Shown here: positions 50,131 through 60,634 of the stretch, one piece after another
How the letters are laid out: each line of letters begins with the position of its first letter
Numbering within the stretch: position 1 is the first letter of the stretch
DNA from: Bacteroidota bacterium
Lineage (GTDB): Bacteria; Bacteroidota; Bacteroidia; UBA8524
NCBI GenBank assembly: GCA_008933805.1
Contig: WBUH01000005.1
Span: 128,822-192,821 of the forward strand
Length of the DNA stretch: 64,000 bases
Direction of reading: 5' to 3'
The notes under the pieces: generated by a model
The model's database searches: none
What the model was told of the DNA's origin: nothing
Seen by the model: the letters and a program-made list of their open reading frames with translations, nothing else
Made by a program: the position numbers and the translations under genes

Positions 50131-50160
50131 TTATTTAGACTAATTCTAACTACAAAGGTA
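50131..50160 (-). promoter_or_regulatory. isc promoter (-7 TACCTTTG) with adjacent palindromic operator
   Basis: TTAGA-ctaat-TCTAA palindrome (50135-50149) immediately downstream of TACCTTTG (50153-50160, minus strand). Confidence 0.5.
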
Positions 50161-50277
50161 GTAATGATTTTGTTCATTCAACAAAAAAATTTGATGTTTG
50201 AACGTTGTAATTGTTGATTGCTTGATTTGCTGATTTGTGTATTAATGAATAACCTTGCCAAACTAAAACTCACCCAA

Positions 50278-50682
50278 ATGTTTGGCAAAATTGAACACCT
50301 TGGCATAGCCGTTAAAGACCTTACCCTTAGCAATACCTTGTTTGAAAAGCTTTTGGGTACCGCACCCTACAAGCAAGAAGCCGTTGAAAGCGAAAATGTA
50401 ATCACATCATTTTTTAAGGCGGGTGAGAACAAAATCGAACTATTACAAGCCACCCACCCTGATAGTGCCATTGCAAAGTTTATTGAAAAAAAAGGCGAAG
50501 GTATACACCACGTAGCCTTTGATGTGGAGGATATTTATGCCGAAATAGAACGCCTAAAGGCAGAAGGCTTTGTGTTTATTAATGAAACGCCTAAAGATGG
50601 TGCCGACAATAAACTAATCGCCTTCCTACATCCAAAAAGCACCAACGGTATGCTGGTAGAGTTGTGCATGGAGAAGAAGTGA
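50278..50682 (+). CDS. mce: Methylmalonyl-CoA epimerase
   Basis: IEHLGIAV, KIELL, KKGEGIHHVAF, FLHPKSTNGMLVELC. Confidence 0.92.
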   Translation: MFGKIEHLGIAVKDLTLSNTLFEKLLGTAPYKQEAVESENVITSFFKAGENKIELLQATHPDSAIAKFIEKKGEGIHHVAFDVEDIYAEIERLKAEGFVFINETPKDGADNKLIAFLHPKSTNGMLVELCMEKK

Positions 50683-50685
50683 GCT

Positions 50686-51249
50686 ATGAAAACTCTTTTC
50701 GAAGATAAAATAATACGTTTGGTTGACATGTCGGCAGAGAACACAGCTTTTTTGTTGGCAAACAGCGTACAAAAGCAATTTGCCAAAGGCGATGTAATAG
50801 CTGTTGAGGGCAAAGTATGCACTAACTGTTGGTTTATTGAAGATGGTTATTTACGAGCTACTACTACAAAAGACGGGAAAGAAATACACCTTAATTTTTG
50901 GCTTGAAGACACTTTTGCTAGCAACCTAAAAAGTATGCGCACCCAAGCCGTTTCTGAGTTTTCTATCGTAGCGGGTGAAAAAACGAGGGTGAGGGAGTTT
51001 GAAGGAGCAATGCTGCTGAAACTTTATGAACGCTCGCCGCAGTTCGAGTCGTTTGGCCGCAAGCTGCTTGAAGAACTTCTGATAGAACAGGAAGAACATA
51101 TCAACCTGTTTAAACTTACCACCCCAACCGAACGCTACCAATATATTGTAAAACATAAGCCTAAGCTATTGCAACGCATTTCACTTACTATGTTATCATC
51201 GTATTTGGGTATTAGCAGGGAAACATTGAGTAGAATAAGAAAGCGGTAA
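50686..51249 (+). CDS. Crp/Fnr family regulator
   Basis: cNMP-binding-like N-terminus; SYLGISRETLSRIR HTH. Confidence 0.9.
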   Translation: MKTLFEDKIIRLVDMSAENTAFLLANSVQKQFAKGDVIAVEGKVCTNCWFIEDGYLRATTTKDGKEIHLNFWLEDTFASNLKSMRTQAVSEFSIVAGEKTRVREFEGAMLLKLYERSPQFESFGRKLLEELLIEQEEHINLFKLTTPTERYQYIVKHKPKLLQRISLTMLSSYLGISRETLSRIRKR

Positions 51250-51475
51250 CAAACAACAGGGCAATTGCAGCCACACCATATTCAACTCAGCCCAACATAA
51301 CAATGCACTCGCATCTCGGTCATCCCGACCTTGTTTAGTGTTCTTACTAACCAATAACTTTTATTCAAATAGAGATAGCGTCCCAAAAGTATTCGGGGTC
51401 AGAATGAACAGCCGATGTTACCCTCATTTTGAGAAAACTTCCTTAACAACGAAACATTACAGATGACTCTCATTT

Positions 51476-51491
51476 TGTGACTTTTGACGCA
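51476..51491 (+). promoter_or_regulatory. Possible Crp/Fnr-type operator
   Basis: TGTGA-CTTTTG-ACGCA, an imperfect TGTGA-N6-TCACA, upstream of the redoxin gene. Confidence 0.35.
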
Positions 51492-51545
51492 GGAGCCTCT
51501 CACCTGCCTACCCCAACTTTGCACTATCATTTCAAAACAAACCAC

Positions 51546-52157
51546 ATGAAAAAATTACTAACACTATTGGGTGCGGCTTTATTGGCCATTGCCCTTCATG
51601 CTCAACAAAATAAGAAAATGAAAATTAACGTAAACGACACCGCACCTGATTTCATTGTTACAGATGTAAACAACAACAATGTAACCCTTTCAAAATTCAA
51701 AGGCAAAAAGGTACTACTTACCTTTTACCGCAATGTGGGCTGCCCTGTGTGTAATCTTAGATTCCACGAGTTAAGTCAGCACGATTCTTTTTTCAAAGCC
51801 AATAATGTAGTACTGATAGCCGTATACGAAAGCAGTAGTGAAAATATGCTTACCTACTTGGCTAATGAAGAAGTATACCCACGCATGATACCCGATAGCT
51901 CGCTACTATTATATGCGCTATACGATTTAGAACGCTCTACTGGTAAAATGCTAAAAAGTATGTTTAAGGGGGCTATGGGCAAAATGAAAAAGGGGGGGAA
52001 GCTATTTAAAGCAGAGATGAAACAAGACGGTAATGCTAACCGGATTGGTGCCGAATTTTTGATTGATGAAAACGGTATTGTGAGTATAGCCCACTATGGC
52101 AGCTACATTGGCGATGATTTACCTATTGAACAAATAATAACCGCAATCACAAAATAA
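51546..52157 (+). CDS. AhpC/TSA-type redoxin
   Basis: APDF, FYRNVGCPVC, FLIDENG; signal peptide. Confidence 0.85.
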   Translation: MKKLLTLLGAALLAIALHAQQNKKMKINVNDTAPDFIVTDVNNNNVTLSKFKGKKVLLTFYRNVGCPVCNLRFHELSQHDSFFKANNVVLIAVYESSSENMLTYLANEEVYPRMIPDSSLLLYALYDLERSTGKMLKSMFKGAMGKMKKGGKLFKAEMKQDGNANRIGAEFLIDENGIVSIAHYGSYIGDDLPIEQIITAITK

Positions 52158-52160
52158 ACT

Positions 52161-52577
52161 ATGAAGCAATTAATCATCGGTTTCATTGAAACCATTTGGA
52201 ACCAACAACGATTTGAAAAAATTGACGACTTTCTGAGCAATGACTTTATTGATTTTTCGCTGCCTGAGGCTTTGCCAACAACAAAAGAGGGCACATTAAT
52301 GTGGATAGAAAACACAGGTAAATCATTTAAACATCATACTGATATTGATACATTGGTGGCTGAAGGTAATATGGCCATTGCAAAAATCAGTTTTACGGCT
52401 ACGCATATTGGTGAGTGGCGTGGAATACAAGCCGCAGGTATTAAATTTACTGTTACAGGCTACCGTACATTTAGGATAGAAAACGAAAAAATTACAGCAC
52501 ACTGGGGGCATATTGATGCTACTTCGATACACAATCAATTAACCCATACTGGCGCTGGATGCAAAATTCAGCAATAA
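52161..52577 (+). CDS. SnoaL-like ester cyclase family protein
   Basis: VAEG, FTATH.GEW.GI, I..HWG. Confidence 0.8.
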   Translation: MKQLIIGFIETIWNQQRFEKIDDFLSNDFIDFSLPEALPTTKEGTLMWIENTGKSFKHHTDIDTLVAEGNMAIAKISFTATHIGEWRGIQAAGIKFTVTGYRTFRIENEKITAHWGHIDATSIHNQLTHTGAGCKIQQ

Positions 52578-52604
52578 ATAAAAACTTAAATACTAGGGCA
52601 AAAC

Positions 52605-55600
52605 TTACCACACCTGCCAGTCAAATCCTGCCGTTTCGGTGCGGCTGGTAGGTCGTTGTAAACCATCTGTCAGTCTCTCCACCTCAGTTCCTACAAATGT
52701 TTTTAACTCTTGTACGGTACAGGTTTGCTTTTCAGCTAATAACTGTAATACACAATAAGTAAATACCCCGTTTTGCAGCTCGCCCTTTTCATACGCTACT
52801 TGTGTTCCCGCCGCCGCTGATATAATTGTCGTCCCGGTACCTCTACCCACATCAGCAAACATTTCCTGCATCAGTTCAAAACTATTTTTCAGCCCCACAA
52901 CTTGCTCATCATCCACCAGCAATTCTATACCATTTTTGCCCCCGTTATTAATGTGCTTAGCAGTATCGGAGAAAACCACCCGCATGCTCTCCATCTCATC
53001 TTTATCCACCTCACCGCTGTGGCAGGCATCAATCAACAACAGCTTCCTGCGCATAGGCAAACTGTCAAGTAACTGTTCCATCATCGTATACGGCAACCCG
53101 CCCTCATTAGGGTTTCTAAAATTTACCATGTAAGTAGACAAATAATACTCCAGTTGTTTATCCAACAACCCATGCCCTGAGTATGAAACTATTAAACGGT
53201 CATTTACATTCGCTTGTAATAATCTGTTTCGCAATGCCATTACCTTTTCAAGCGATACATTGCTATTAAACAGAGTATCTATCACCAATTGGTCGCCAAG
53301 TTTTGCTTTTAGCCCCTCTGCAAAATTTACAATGTCTTTAACACTGTATTTGAGATTATGTCCCGGTTCTTTAAATTCATCAATTCCTATACCTATAAAA
53401 TAGATTTTAGAAGGGTTCGCTTCGTACTCAGCAACGATAGTAATTGTTTCGGTGGCGGATTTTACGCCGTTTACATCCGTTGCATATACTTGTACCACAT
53501 TATTGCCTTTTTGCAACTTCACTTTGCAATTCACCTTCGCTTCTCTTCCACCTGAAACGGGCATCCCCTCTTTGCCAAACACAGGTACTCCGTTAGCCAT
53601 AACTTGCAGTTTACTAACATCCGCATACAACGAACTGAGGGCTATTTCTAACACTACTTCATCAGAAGTTAGCACCAACGGAAGTTGGCTTTTGTTTACA
53701 ATTTTTACCTCAGGTTCTTTACCAATAATGTTCTCTATTGTTTTTGCTTTAATTCTCCGCAAACGTTTCGCAACAGCCCCCTTCAATAACTCGTTGAACG
53801 CTTCGTTAGACGACCCCGAAAGCAAAACAACCGTATCCGGACGGTTAAAATAAATATCATATTCAACGGGTAAATACCCTTTGCCTTTATAAGCAAACGC
53901 AAGGTTATTAACCGCTGATTTATCCCCTCGATAAAGATAATTATTTGCTACCTCAATAAACTTGCGACCCGCATAAGAGGTAAAATACAACTGTGTATTA
54001 TCATTTAATACCGTGTACATTTCTTCTTCAGTAGAAAACGTGAAACCATTACTTAAATGATTTACGTGAAAAAACGATTCACGCGGGGTTTGCTGCCACA
54101 ACAACTCACGATTGCTTAACTTAGCTACATACAGCTCGCTATATGCTTCAAATGCAACTCTATCCGCTCGCATATCTACTTCAAACGAAAAGAACCGACT
54201 ATCAGTAAATTCATACTTCTCTTTGGGTGTCGCTACTGATAAGTCAATACTATAAACCTCATTAATCAATTCACGACCATTTTTGGCTGTCCAATAATTG
54301 GTGCTATACCACAACACATCAAGGGTCTTATCAAACGTAAAATATCTTACCTCTACATCCTTTTTAAGCTCTATGGTAAATACTTTTTTAGCGCTCACCC
54401 AATCCCATATTTCTATACTGTGCCGCTTTTCTCCGGCATTTATTATTGCTAAGTATTTTTTTGAAGGGGAAACCGCAAACAATTCACCTGAAAACAGCCG
54501 TTTTAATTTATTTATCTCCAAAATCACCCCATTATTATTCACTACCATTACAGCATTATCACCTGCCAAGGCATAATTCCCCTCTGTCAATTTATTTACA
54601 TTAATAATAGATTTGGGAAGCTTTTCTTCACTAATATTTTCTGTCGAAAATATTGGCCCTAAAATATTCAACTCAGCATTAAAATCAATAGTATAACTAC
54701 TTAGTTGCATTTTATTAAACAGCAGCTTACACCACTTAGTCTGATTGTATTTAATAATGGCAAGGGAATTTTCTTTACTATCCAACACAAACTTGCACCA
54801 TTTGCAAGCTATAGTAGTAGGTTGGGTTTTATTGCTTGAAAATACCACAAGAGTATCTGAACTATAATCCGCTTTATAGGCTATGATGTGGTAATTTCCC
54901 TGTTCATCAAATACCTTAAAAAATTGCGAGTATTTATCCTGTAATTGAATTTTTCGGAATGCAGGTTGGAATTTTTTGCGGTTAATATCGTATAAATCTT
55001 GATTGCGAGATGAAGCAAACAAATCCTGAATATCATCCGTTGCTGAAAGTAATTGTGTGCTGTCAGTACTCCAACAATAAAACTTAGCCATGTTGAAGGA
55101 AATAGGATAATGTAATGTATCCGCAGTAGATAAACTTACTTTTAGTAAACGACTAAAGCCATAATTCACTACTACACTATTTTCATTTGGGTACTTTAAC
55201 ACCCTAAATATTGAAGACGAAGAGGCTAACATACTGTATTTATCAACAGGATCTTGCCCATCTAATAATAATTCGTGTTCGCGCTTCCCGTCTTTATAAA
55301 TACATATTCGTCCGTCGCCATAATCACCCCCCACATATTTAGCTGCTTGCGAAGGGATTGCAACTATACTTTTACCAACAGCTAACAGTTGATGAATGGC
55401 TGTGTCAAAGGCTCTGAACAAAGTGTTTTGTTGCAAACTCTCATTAATTCCGACGACATCTCCCGATAACGTCCCTGCCAATATTACACCATTTTGGGCC
55501 TGTGCTGCGAATGTTGTTATAAGATGTGCTGTTGGGGCAGTTTGTGTAACGGTTTCTGTCTTGGCATCAACTAAATATAACTTACAGTTAACAGGTCCTA

Positions 55601-56111
55601 AGTATTCGTTTTTCCCCTTATTATCAATTAAATAACTTATTGTGCTGTCCTTCTTCATAGGGTAGGTTTTAGTATGAATAAGCACTTTGGTTTCATCATC
55701 AGGCCACAGGGTAAAACTCTCTATTATCTCAGGAAATTTAATTTGGTTAAAAAAAGTATCCACCTTGCCGGTAATAAGATCGGCTTTTACTAATACCGAC
55801 CCAGTAGAGATCAATACTGTTCCATCAGCCATTAATGCTGTTTTGCCCACTCCTTGTGCCCCCCAACTACCTGCCTCAAATACCAACGTGCCTACCTGTA
55901 TTTTAGAGGTTTGGTCAATCAACGTGTAATTATTCCCGCTAATTACTAAAAACCAACTACCCTTTGCACTCGATTGCACATCCTCCAACCCTAAATCAAA
56001 CGTTACTTGGCTCACCAATTTGGGCATGGTTTGCCCATAACCCACCGTTACAAGAAAAACAATAGTAAAAAGAAGTATGAAGCGATGTATTGCCTGTTTC
56101 ATTACAGGCAA
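52605..56111 (-). CDS. Secreted beta-propeller-like protein with C-terminal caspase-like (peptidase C14) domain
   Basis: YSGHG and IDACHSG catalytic dyad motifs, NGVFT; signal peptide. Confidence 0.85.
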   Translation of the reverse strand: MPVMKQAIHRFILLFTIVFLVTVGYGQTMPKLVSQVTFDLGLEDVQSSAKGSWFLVISGNNYTLIDQTSKIQVGTLVFEAGSWGAQGVGKTALMADGTVLISTGSVLVKADLITGKVDTFFNQIKFPEIIESFTLWPDDETKVLIHTKTYPMKKDSTISYLIDNKGKNEYLGPVNCKLYLVDAKTETVTQTAPTAHLITTFAAQAQNGVILAGTLSGDVVGINESLQQNTLFRAFDTAIHQLLAVGKSIVAIPSQAAKYVGGDYGDGRICIYKDGKREHELLLDGQDPVDKYSMLASSSSIFRVLKYPNENSVVVNYGFSRLLKVSLSTADTLHYPISFNMAKFYCWSTDSTQLLSATDDIQDLFASSRNQDLYDINRKKFQPAFRKIQLQDKYSQFFKVFDEQGNYHIIAYKADYSSDTLVVFSSNKTQPTTIACKWCKFVLDSKENSLAIIKYNQTKWCKLLFNKMQLSSYTIDFNAELNILGPIFSTENISEEKLPKSIINVNKLTEGNYALAGDNAVMVVNNNGVILEINKLKRLFSGELFAVSPSKKYLAIINAGEKRHSIEIWDWVSAKKVFTIELKKDVEVRYFTFDKTLDVLWYSTNYWTAKNGRELINEVYSIDLSVATPKEKYEFTDSRFFSFEVDMRADRVAFEAYSELYVAKLSNRELLWQQTPRESFFHVNHLSNGFTFSTEEEMYTVLNDNTQLYFTSYAGRKFIEVANNYLYRGDKSAVNNLAFAYKGKGYLPVEYDIYFNRPDTVVLLSGSSNEAFNELLKGAVAKRLRRIKAKTIENIIGKEPEVKIVNKSQLPLVLTSDEVVLEIALSSLYADVSKLQVMANGVPVFGKEGMPVSGGREAKVNCKVKLQKGNNVVQVYATDVNGVKSATETITIVAEYEANPSKIYFIGIGIDEFKEPGHNLKYSVKDIVNFAEGLKAKLGDQLVIDTLFNSNVSLEKVMALRNRLLQANVNDRLIVSYSGHGLLDKQLEYYLSTYMVNFRNPNEGGLPYTMMEQLLDSLPMRRKLLLIDACHSGEVDKDEMESMRVVFSDTAKHINNGGKNGIELLVDDEQVVGLKNSFELMQEMFADVGRGTGTTIISAAAGTQVAYEKGELQNGVFTYCVLQLLAEKQTCTVQELKTFVGTEVERLTDGLQRPTSRTETAGFDWQVW

Positions 56112-56137
56112 GTTATAAATTTCAGTTGTACTTGCCG

Positions 56138-57526
56138 TTATTCTACCCCTTTAAACCTTGCGGTAAAGTGCCTTAAGAAGGGCGGTTCATACGTTATTGC
56201 ATAACCCTTGGCTTTATCGCGGTTTTCCAAAATATCATCAAACACATCTATCACATAATCGATGTGGCTTTGGGTGTAAACACGTCTAGGGATAGCAAGT
56301 CTAACCAACTCTTGCCTTGCAGGCACAAAGTTTTTGTTTTCATCGTACTTGCCAAACATTACGCTGCCAACTTCCACACAACGGATTCCACCGAATTTAT
56401 ATAACTCACACACCAATGCCTGCCCCGGAAACTCATGTTGGGGAATATGCGGATATAATTTTTGTGCGTCAATGTAGATGGCGTGCCCACCGCTGGGACG
56501 TACCACAGGAATTCCCTTGTTGTGCAAATGGTCGCCCAAGTAGGCTGTACTGCGAATACGGTAATTTAGATAATCCGCATCAAACACCTCTTGAAGACCT
56601 ACTGCAATTGCCTCCATATCCCTTCCCGTCAATCCGCCATACGTAGCAAACCCCTCCGAAATTATTAATAAATTGGTGCAGTCTTGCGCCAGTTTAGAGT
56701 CTCTAAGCGCCAATATTCCACCCATATTCACCAACGCATCTTTTTTGGCACTCATTACAAACGCATCTGCCAATGCAAACACCTCTTGGGCAATCTCCAA
56801 ATAGGTTTTGTGTTCAAAGCCTGCCTCGCGGTGCTTTATGAAATAGGCATTTTCAGCTATCCTGCACCCGTCAATTACCAACATAATACCCTGCTGTTTG
56901 CACAAAGCTGCCACATCACGTACGTTGCCCATACTCACAGGTTGTCCGCCTGCACTATTATTGGTAAGCGTCATAATCACGGCAGCAATATTTTGACTGC
57001 CATATTGTGCGATAGTAGTTTTTAATGCTTCCAAATCGATATCACCTTTAAACGGCGCTTCCTTAAAAGGGTCAGCAGCTTCGGGGCTTGGTAAGTCAAT
57101 TGCAATTGCACCGCTAAACTCAATATTGGCCCGGGTGGTATCAAAATGGGTATTACTGATAAACACCTTGCCTTTACCTCCGATTTTACCGTATAAAATA
57201 CGCTCGGCCGCTCGACCTTGGTGAGTAGGTAATATGTATGGCATCCCCGTAAGGTTCTTCACCACACTTTCAAAGTGCTCCCAGCTTTTAGCCCCTGCAT
57301 ACGATTCATCTCCGCGCATCATTGCCGCCCATTGATTATCACTCATTGCCGAAGTACCGCTATCTGTAAGCAAATCAATAAATACATCGTGTGATTTTAG
57401 TAAAAACGGGTTGTAACCTGCTTGTTTTAGCACTTCCTCACGGTATGCCTCAGTAGTAATAGTAAGCGGTTCCACCATCTTAATACGGAACGGCTCTGCC
57501 AATGTACGCTCTCTCTTTGCGGTCAT
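56138..57526 (-). CDS. tnaA: Tryptophanase
   Basis: IDLLTDSGT, HQGRAAE, MSAKKD (PLP lysine; Ala rather than the Gly of TPL), RLAIPRRVYT, LRHFTA. Confidence 0.88.
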   Translation of the reverse strand: MTAKRERTLAEPFRIKMVEPLTITTEAYREEVLKQAGYNPFLLKSHDVFIDLLTDSGTSAMSDNQWAAMMRGDESYAGAKSWEHFESVVKNLTGMPYILPTHQGRAAERILYGKIGGKGKVFISNTHFDTTRANIEFSGAIAIDLPSPEAADPFKEAPFKGDIDLEALKTTIAQYGSQNIAAVIMTLTNNSAGGQPVSMGNVRDVAALCKQQGIMLVIDGCRIAENAYFIKHREAGFEHKTYLEIAQEVFALADAFVMSAKKDALVNMGGILALRDSKLAQDCTNLLIISEGFATYGGLTGRDMEAIAVGLQEVFDADYLNYRIRSTAYLGDHLHNKGIPVVRPSGGHAIYIDAQKLYPHIPQHEFPGQALVCELYKFGGIRCVEVGSVMFGKYDENKNFVPARQELVRLAIPRRVYTQSHIDYVIDVFDDILENRDKAKGYAITYEPPFLRHFTARFKGVE

Positions 57527-57596
57527 AATTCAGAAAAATTTGACGCAAAACTATGCCTACACCAACGGACAAAAAATGATGAATATCAGCACATTC

Positions 57597-59903
57597 TTAC
57601 CAGCCGCCACCGCCGCCACCGCCTCTGCCACCGCCACTATACCCCGAACCTTTTGACGCACTGCCTGAATTAGTAGATTTTGAGACTGAACTTTTTGAGC
57701 TATTGCTTTCCGAGGCTCGTAGAGCTTCCGCTTCTATTTCTTTCTTTTTATAATCCACTAACTGCTTCAACTCTTCTGTCCTTCTGCTCAACATTTCAGC
57801 GGCAGCCCTGTCGCTACTATGCCTGAAAATTGTCAAATCAGGTCTATGTTTCTCTTCGCTTTCAGTAGTATTACTGTTGAGTTCCTCTGTTATTTCAGTC
57901 AACCTTCTTTGATAAAAGTTACTGTAATCAACCCCCCAACTTCTTCTCATACTGTTTGATAACAGATAATAACCACCGGTAGAGTAAACAACGCTGTTTA
58001 CCATTGTATTCTCTGCAAACCCGTCTGCTTCCAATGATTTCTTAATCGAATTTCCAAACGCAGAGGTCCATTCCTTTAAGCAATCTAAGGCAATTGCATA
58101 GGGCAACATTTTCTCAGGCACAAAATCCGCGTTAGGCTTGTTAATAGTGTTCATCCGCTGCGAGTCGGCAGTCGCTAAAAACATTCTCAGCCCCAAAATT
58201 TTGTTCAACAATGTTTCACCCGCTTGCGTGTACTTGGTATATCTTAAATCCAAAAGTTTGTGAACCAAGGCACACAACACAATTCCGGTTAAATAATACA
58301 CAAAGGTTAACGCCGAAGGCTTATAGTGAATAGTCATTAATAAAACTGAAATTGCCAATGAAACGCCGATTAGAACACGTCCCCATATTTGCCCGCCTCT
58401 TTTATAGACAAACAATGCAGCATTCTTATTTTTTGAGTCACAATACCTTTTCACCTGTGCATCAAAATAGGCAACTTCTTCACTTGCCTTGTCCGGCTTA
58501 ATATGGCCCGTCACAATTATTTCGGCATCCTCTATTAGCAGTTGTTCTGCCTCCTTACCGAAAGGTACTTTTTTATCAGTAGCTGCAATTAAATAATTGC
58601 CGCTACCGCTGCTATCTGCCGAAATAGTCAGGTATTTATTTACAGCTAAGTTTACCAAACTTGCAATGGTTTGGGATGGCTCATACCCTTTGTGGTAAAT
58701 ATAGCCTGCAAGTGCCGGGTTTACATCGTCGGGGGCTGTAAACTCAGGCACTATATTGGCCTTATTTTTATTCGAAGCCTTTAGTTTTCTCCAACCAAGT
58801 ATTACAAGGTTTCTAATCAGTAACAGGATAGCAACCCATATCATAAAAAAGGGGCCGCTGTTAGAAAACAAAATAATTGACCATTCAGGTTCACGGGAAA
58901 TAATGCCTTCAGGGATTGAGCAAGCAATGGTTAACCCTTCATTCTTTAGCATTCCTCCGTTTGCAGCAAAAACAAGACTTGAGGTTTTCGCGTCAAATTT
59001 ACCGTAGCAGTCTTTGGCAGAATCTCCATATTTTCCGGTGTAGCAAGAGAAAGAGTTTACTGTTGACCCCTCAGGAAACTTAACTGCGCAACTAATACTG
59101 TCAATATCAAACTCCCAACCATTCCCATTTACGTTCCAATACAGTTCATCATACCCTTCACCATACTTAAATGGCCTTTTTACAGTATAAATTATTTTAT
59201 AAACATGACTGCCAAATGATAAAATGGAGTCAGGATTACCAATATATAGCAGTTTACTTCCTGCTTCAAAATCATCGTCATATTTTACAGGCTGGTTGTT
59301 CAAGAGGATGCTGTCAACCCTAACAATCATTTTAAAATTAAGTCCTGAGCCTATATCATAACTATCAGGTATATACCTGACAATTCCTTTATTTATAGAC
59401 CCTGTTTCTGTGTTTAAAACCGCTATGGTCTCCACAACACGCATGGTTCCATCCTGGCGGATTTCAAAATCGGCGTGAAATGATTGAATTTTATCTGCCG
59501 CCAAACCGGCCTCAAAAACACTTTTAAGGTCATCCATCGCCTTAATTGTTGCCTTTGCTATATGTTTAGTGAGTTTACCGAACTCTTTAGCCTTCCCTTT
59601 TTTTGTAGCTATGGACTCTTTGCCGGGTACTACGTCTGCTCTATACAAAACCTCATCCCAAACTTTTTTATTAAATCCTTCTTTAACAGAATTAAAATAT
59701 TTTTCGAATTTTTTATTATCGAATTTGGAATCAGAAATTTTATTTGAATACACTAAAATACTGGCATCTATCGCACTATCTATTTGATGATCTACACAAT
59801 AGTGAAGCTGTTTTCCGTTACCATCTAAATATTTTTGTGTTTGGCTATACGATACATTAAAAATACCAATAACCAGCAGCAGGAAAAGTAATACCCTCAT
59901 CAA
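57597..59903 (-). CDS. DUF2207 domain membrane protein
   Basis: ELYWNVNGNGW, CYTG.YG, EGLTI, LPYAIAL, Gly-rich GGGRGGGGGGGW C-terminus. Confidence 0.85.
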   Translation of the reverse strand: MMRVLLFLLLVIGIFNVSYSQTQKYLDGNGKQLHYCVDHQIDSAIDASILVYSNKISDSKFDNKKFEKYFNSVKEGFNKKVWDEVLYRADVVPGKESIATKKGKAKEFGKLTKHIAKATIKAMDDLKSVFEAGLAADKIQSFHADFEIRQDGTMRVVETIAVLNTETGSINKGIVRYIPDSYDIGSGLNFKMIVRVDSILLNNQPVKYDDDFEAGSKLLYIGNPDSILSFGSHVYKIIYTVKRPFKYGEGYDELYWNVNGNGWEFDIDSISCAVKFPEGSTVNSFSCYTGKYGDSAKDCYGKFDAKTSSLVFAANGGMLKNEGLTIACSIPEGIISREPEWSIILFSNSGPFFMIWVAILLLIRNLVILGWRKLKASNKNKANIVPEFTAPDDVNPALAGYIYHKGYEPSQTIASLVNLAVNKYLTISADSSGSGNYLIAATDKKVPFGKEAEQLLIEDAEIIVTGHIKPDKASEEVAYFDAQVKRYCDSKNKNAALFVYKRGGQIWGRVLIGVSLAISVLLMTIHYKPSALTFVYYLTGIVLCALVHKLLDLRYTKYTQAGETLLNKILGLRMFLATADSQRMNTINKPNADFVPEKMLPYAIALDCLKEWTSAFGNSIKKSLEADGFAENTMVNSVVYSTGGYYLLSNSMRRSWGVDYSNFYQRRLTEITEELNSNTTESEEKHRPDLTIFRHSSDRAAAEMLSRRTEELKQLVDYKKKEIEAEALRASESNSSKSSVSKSTNSGSASKGSGYSGGGRGGGGGGGW

Positions 59904-59907
59904 TTAA

Positions 59908-60462
59908 TTATTTATCGGTAAAGTTAACTTTAGGGACTTTCTTGGCTTCAGGGTCTTCTGTAAAAAACACTTCGGGCTTAAACCCGAACATCCCGGCGAT
60001 AAGCACCTTAGGAAATACCGCTATCGATTGATTGTACTCCCTAACAGTACCGTTAAAATACTTGCGAGCTTCTCTTATATGCTCTTCTGTTTCGGTTAGT
60101 GTGTCGTACAAATCTTTAAAATTTGAATCTGCTTTTAGCTCAGGATAGTTCTGCGATATAGCAAATACATTTCGCAAAGCCGAGCTAAGACCAATCGCTA
60201 CCTCGCCTTGCTCTTTTGCTCCAACTGCAGCAATACCCTTACTGTGCCACATAGAAATTTCTTTCAAAATCTCTTTCTCGTGCGAGGCGTACCCTTTTAC
60301 AGTTTCAACAAGATTCGGTATCAAATCAAGTCGTTGTTGTAAATATGCTCCCAAAGTGCTTTGGCCTTCATGCACCAAAATACGTTCCTTTACTAACTCG
60401 TTGTAAATACGTACTACAAAAAATAAAATAGCTAATAAAACAATTCCTAATACAACTACCAT
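59908..60462 (-). CDS. lemA: LemA family protein
   Basis: QRLDLIPNLVETVKGYASHE, YPELKA..NF, YN......FP. Confidence 0.93.
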   Translation of the reverse strand: MVVVLGIVLLAILFFVVRIYNELVKERILVHEGQSTLGAYLQQRLDLIPNLVETVKGYASHEKEILKEISMWHSKGIAAVGAKEQGEVAIGLSSALRNVFAISQNYPELKADSNFKDLYDTLTETEEHIREARKYFNGTVREYNQSIAVFPKVLIAGMFGFKPEVFFTEDPEAKKVPKVNFTDK

Positions 60463-60601
60463 TTTAATTACAGTGATTTTAAAGTGTAATAATACTCCAT
60501 TCTACTATTTAATACAAATAAAGCGATGGTTTAATACCCTTCATTGTTAAAAAAGTAAACGCCTAAAATGTAGAGATATACATTACTTTATAATTTTTTT
60601 T

Positions 60602-60627
60602 GAAACAAAAACATCCCGTGCCAATTA
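60602..60627 (+). promoter_or_regulatory. Shared virion-module motif (putative dedicated promoter), module D
   Basis: GAAACA-N13-CCAATTA, then 7 nt to ATG 60635. Confidence 0.65.
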
Positions 60628-60634
60628 CAGGGGG

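Noticed and set aside
51318..51408. Possible ncRNA or REP remnant (GTCATCCCGAC...TCGGGGTCAGAATGA)
   Set aside because: Pairing is weak and it is a single copy in the window, so no call can be supported.
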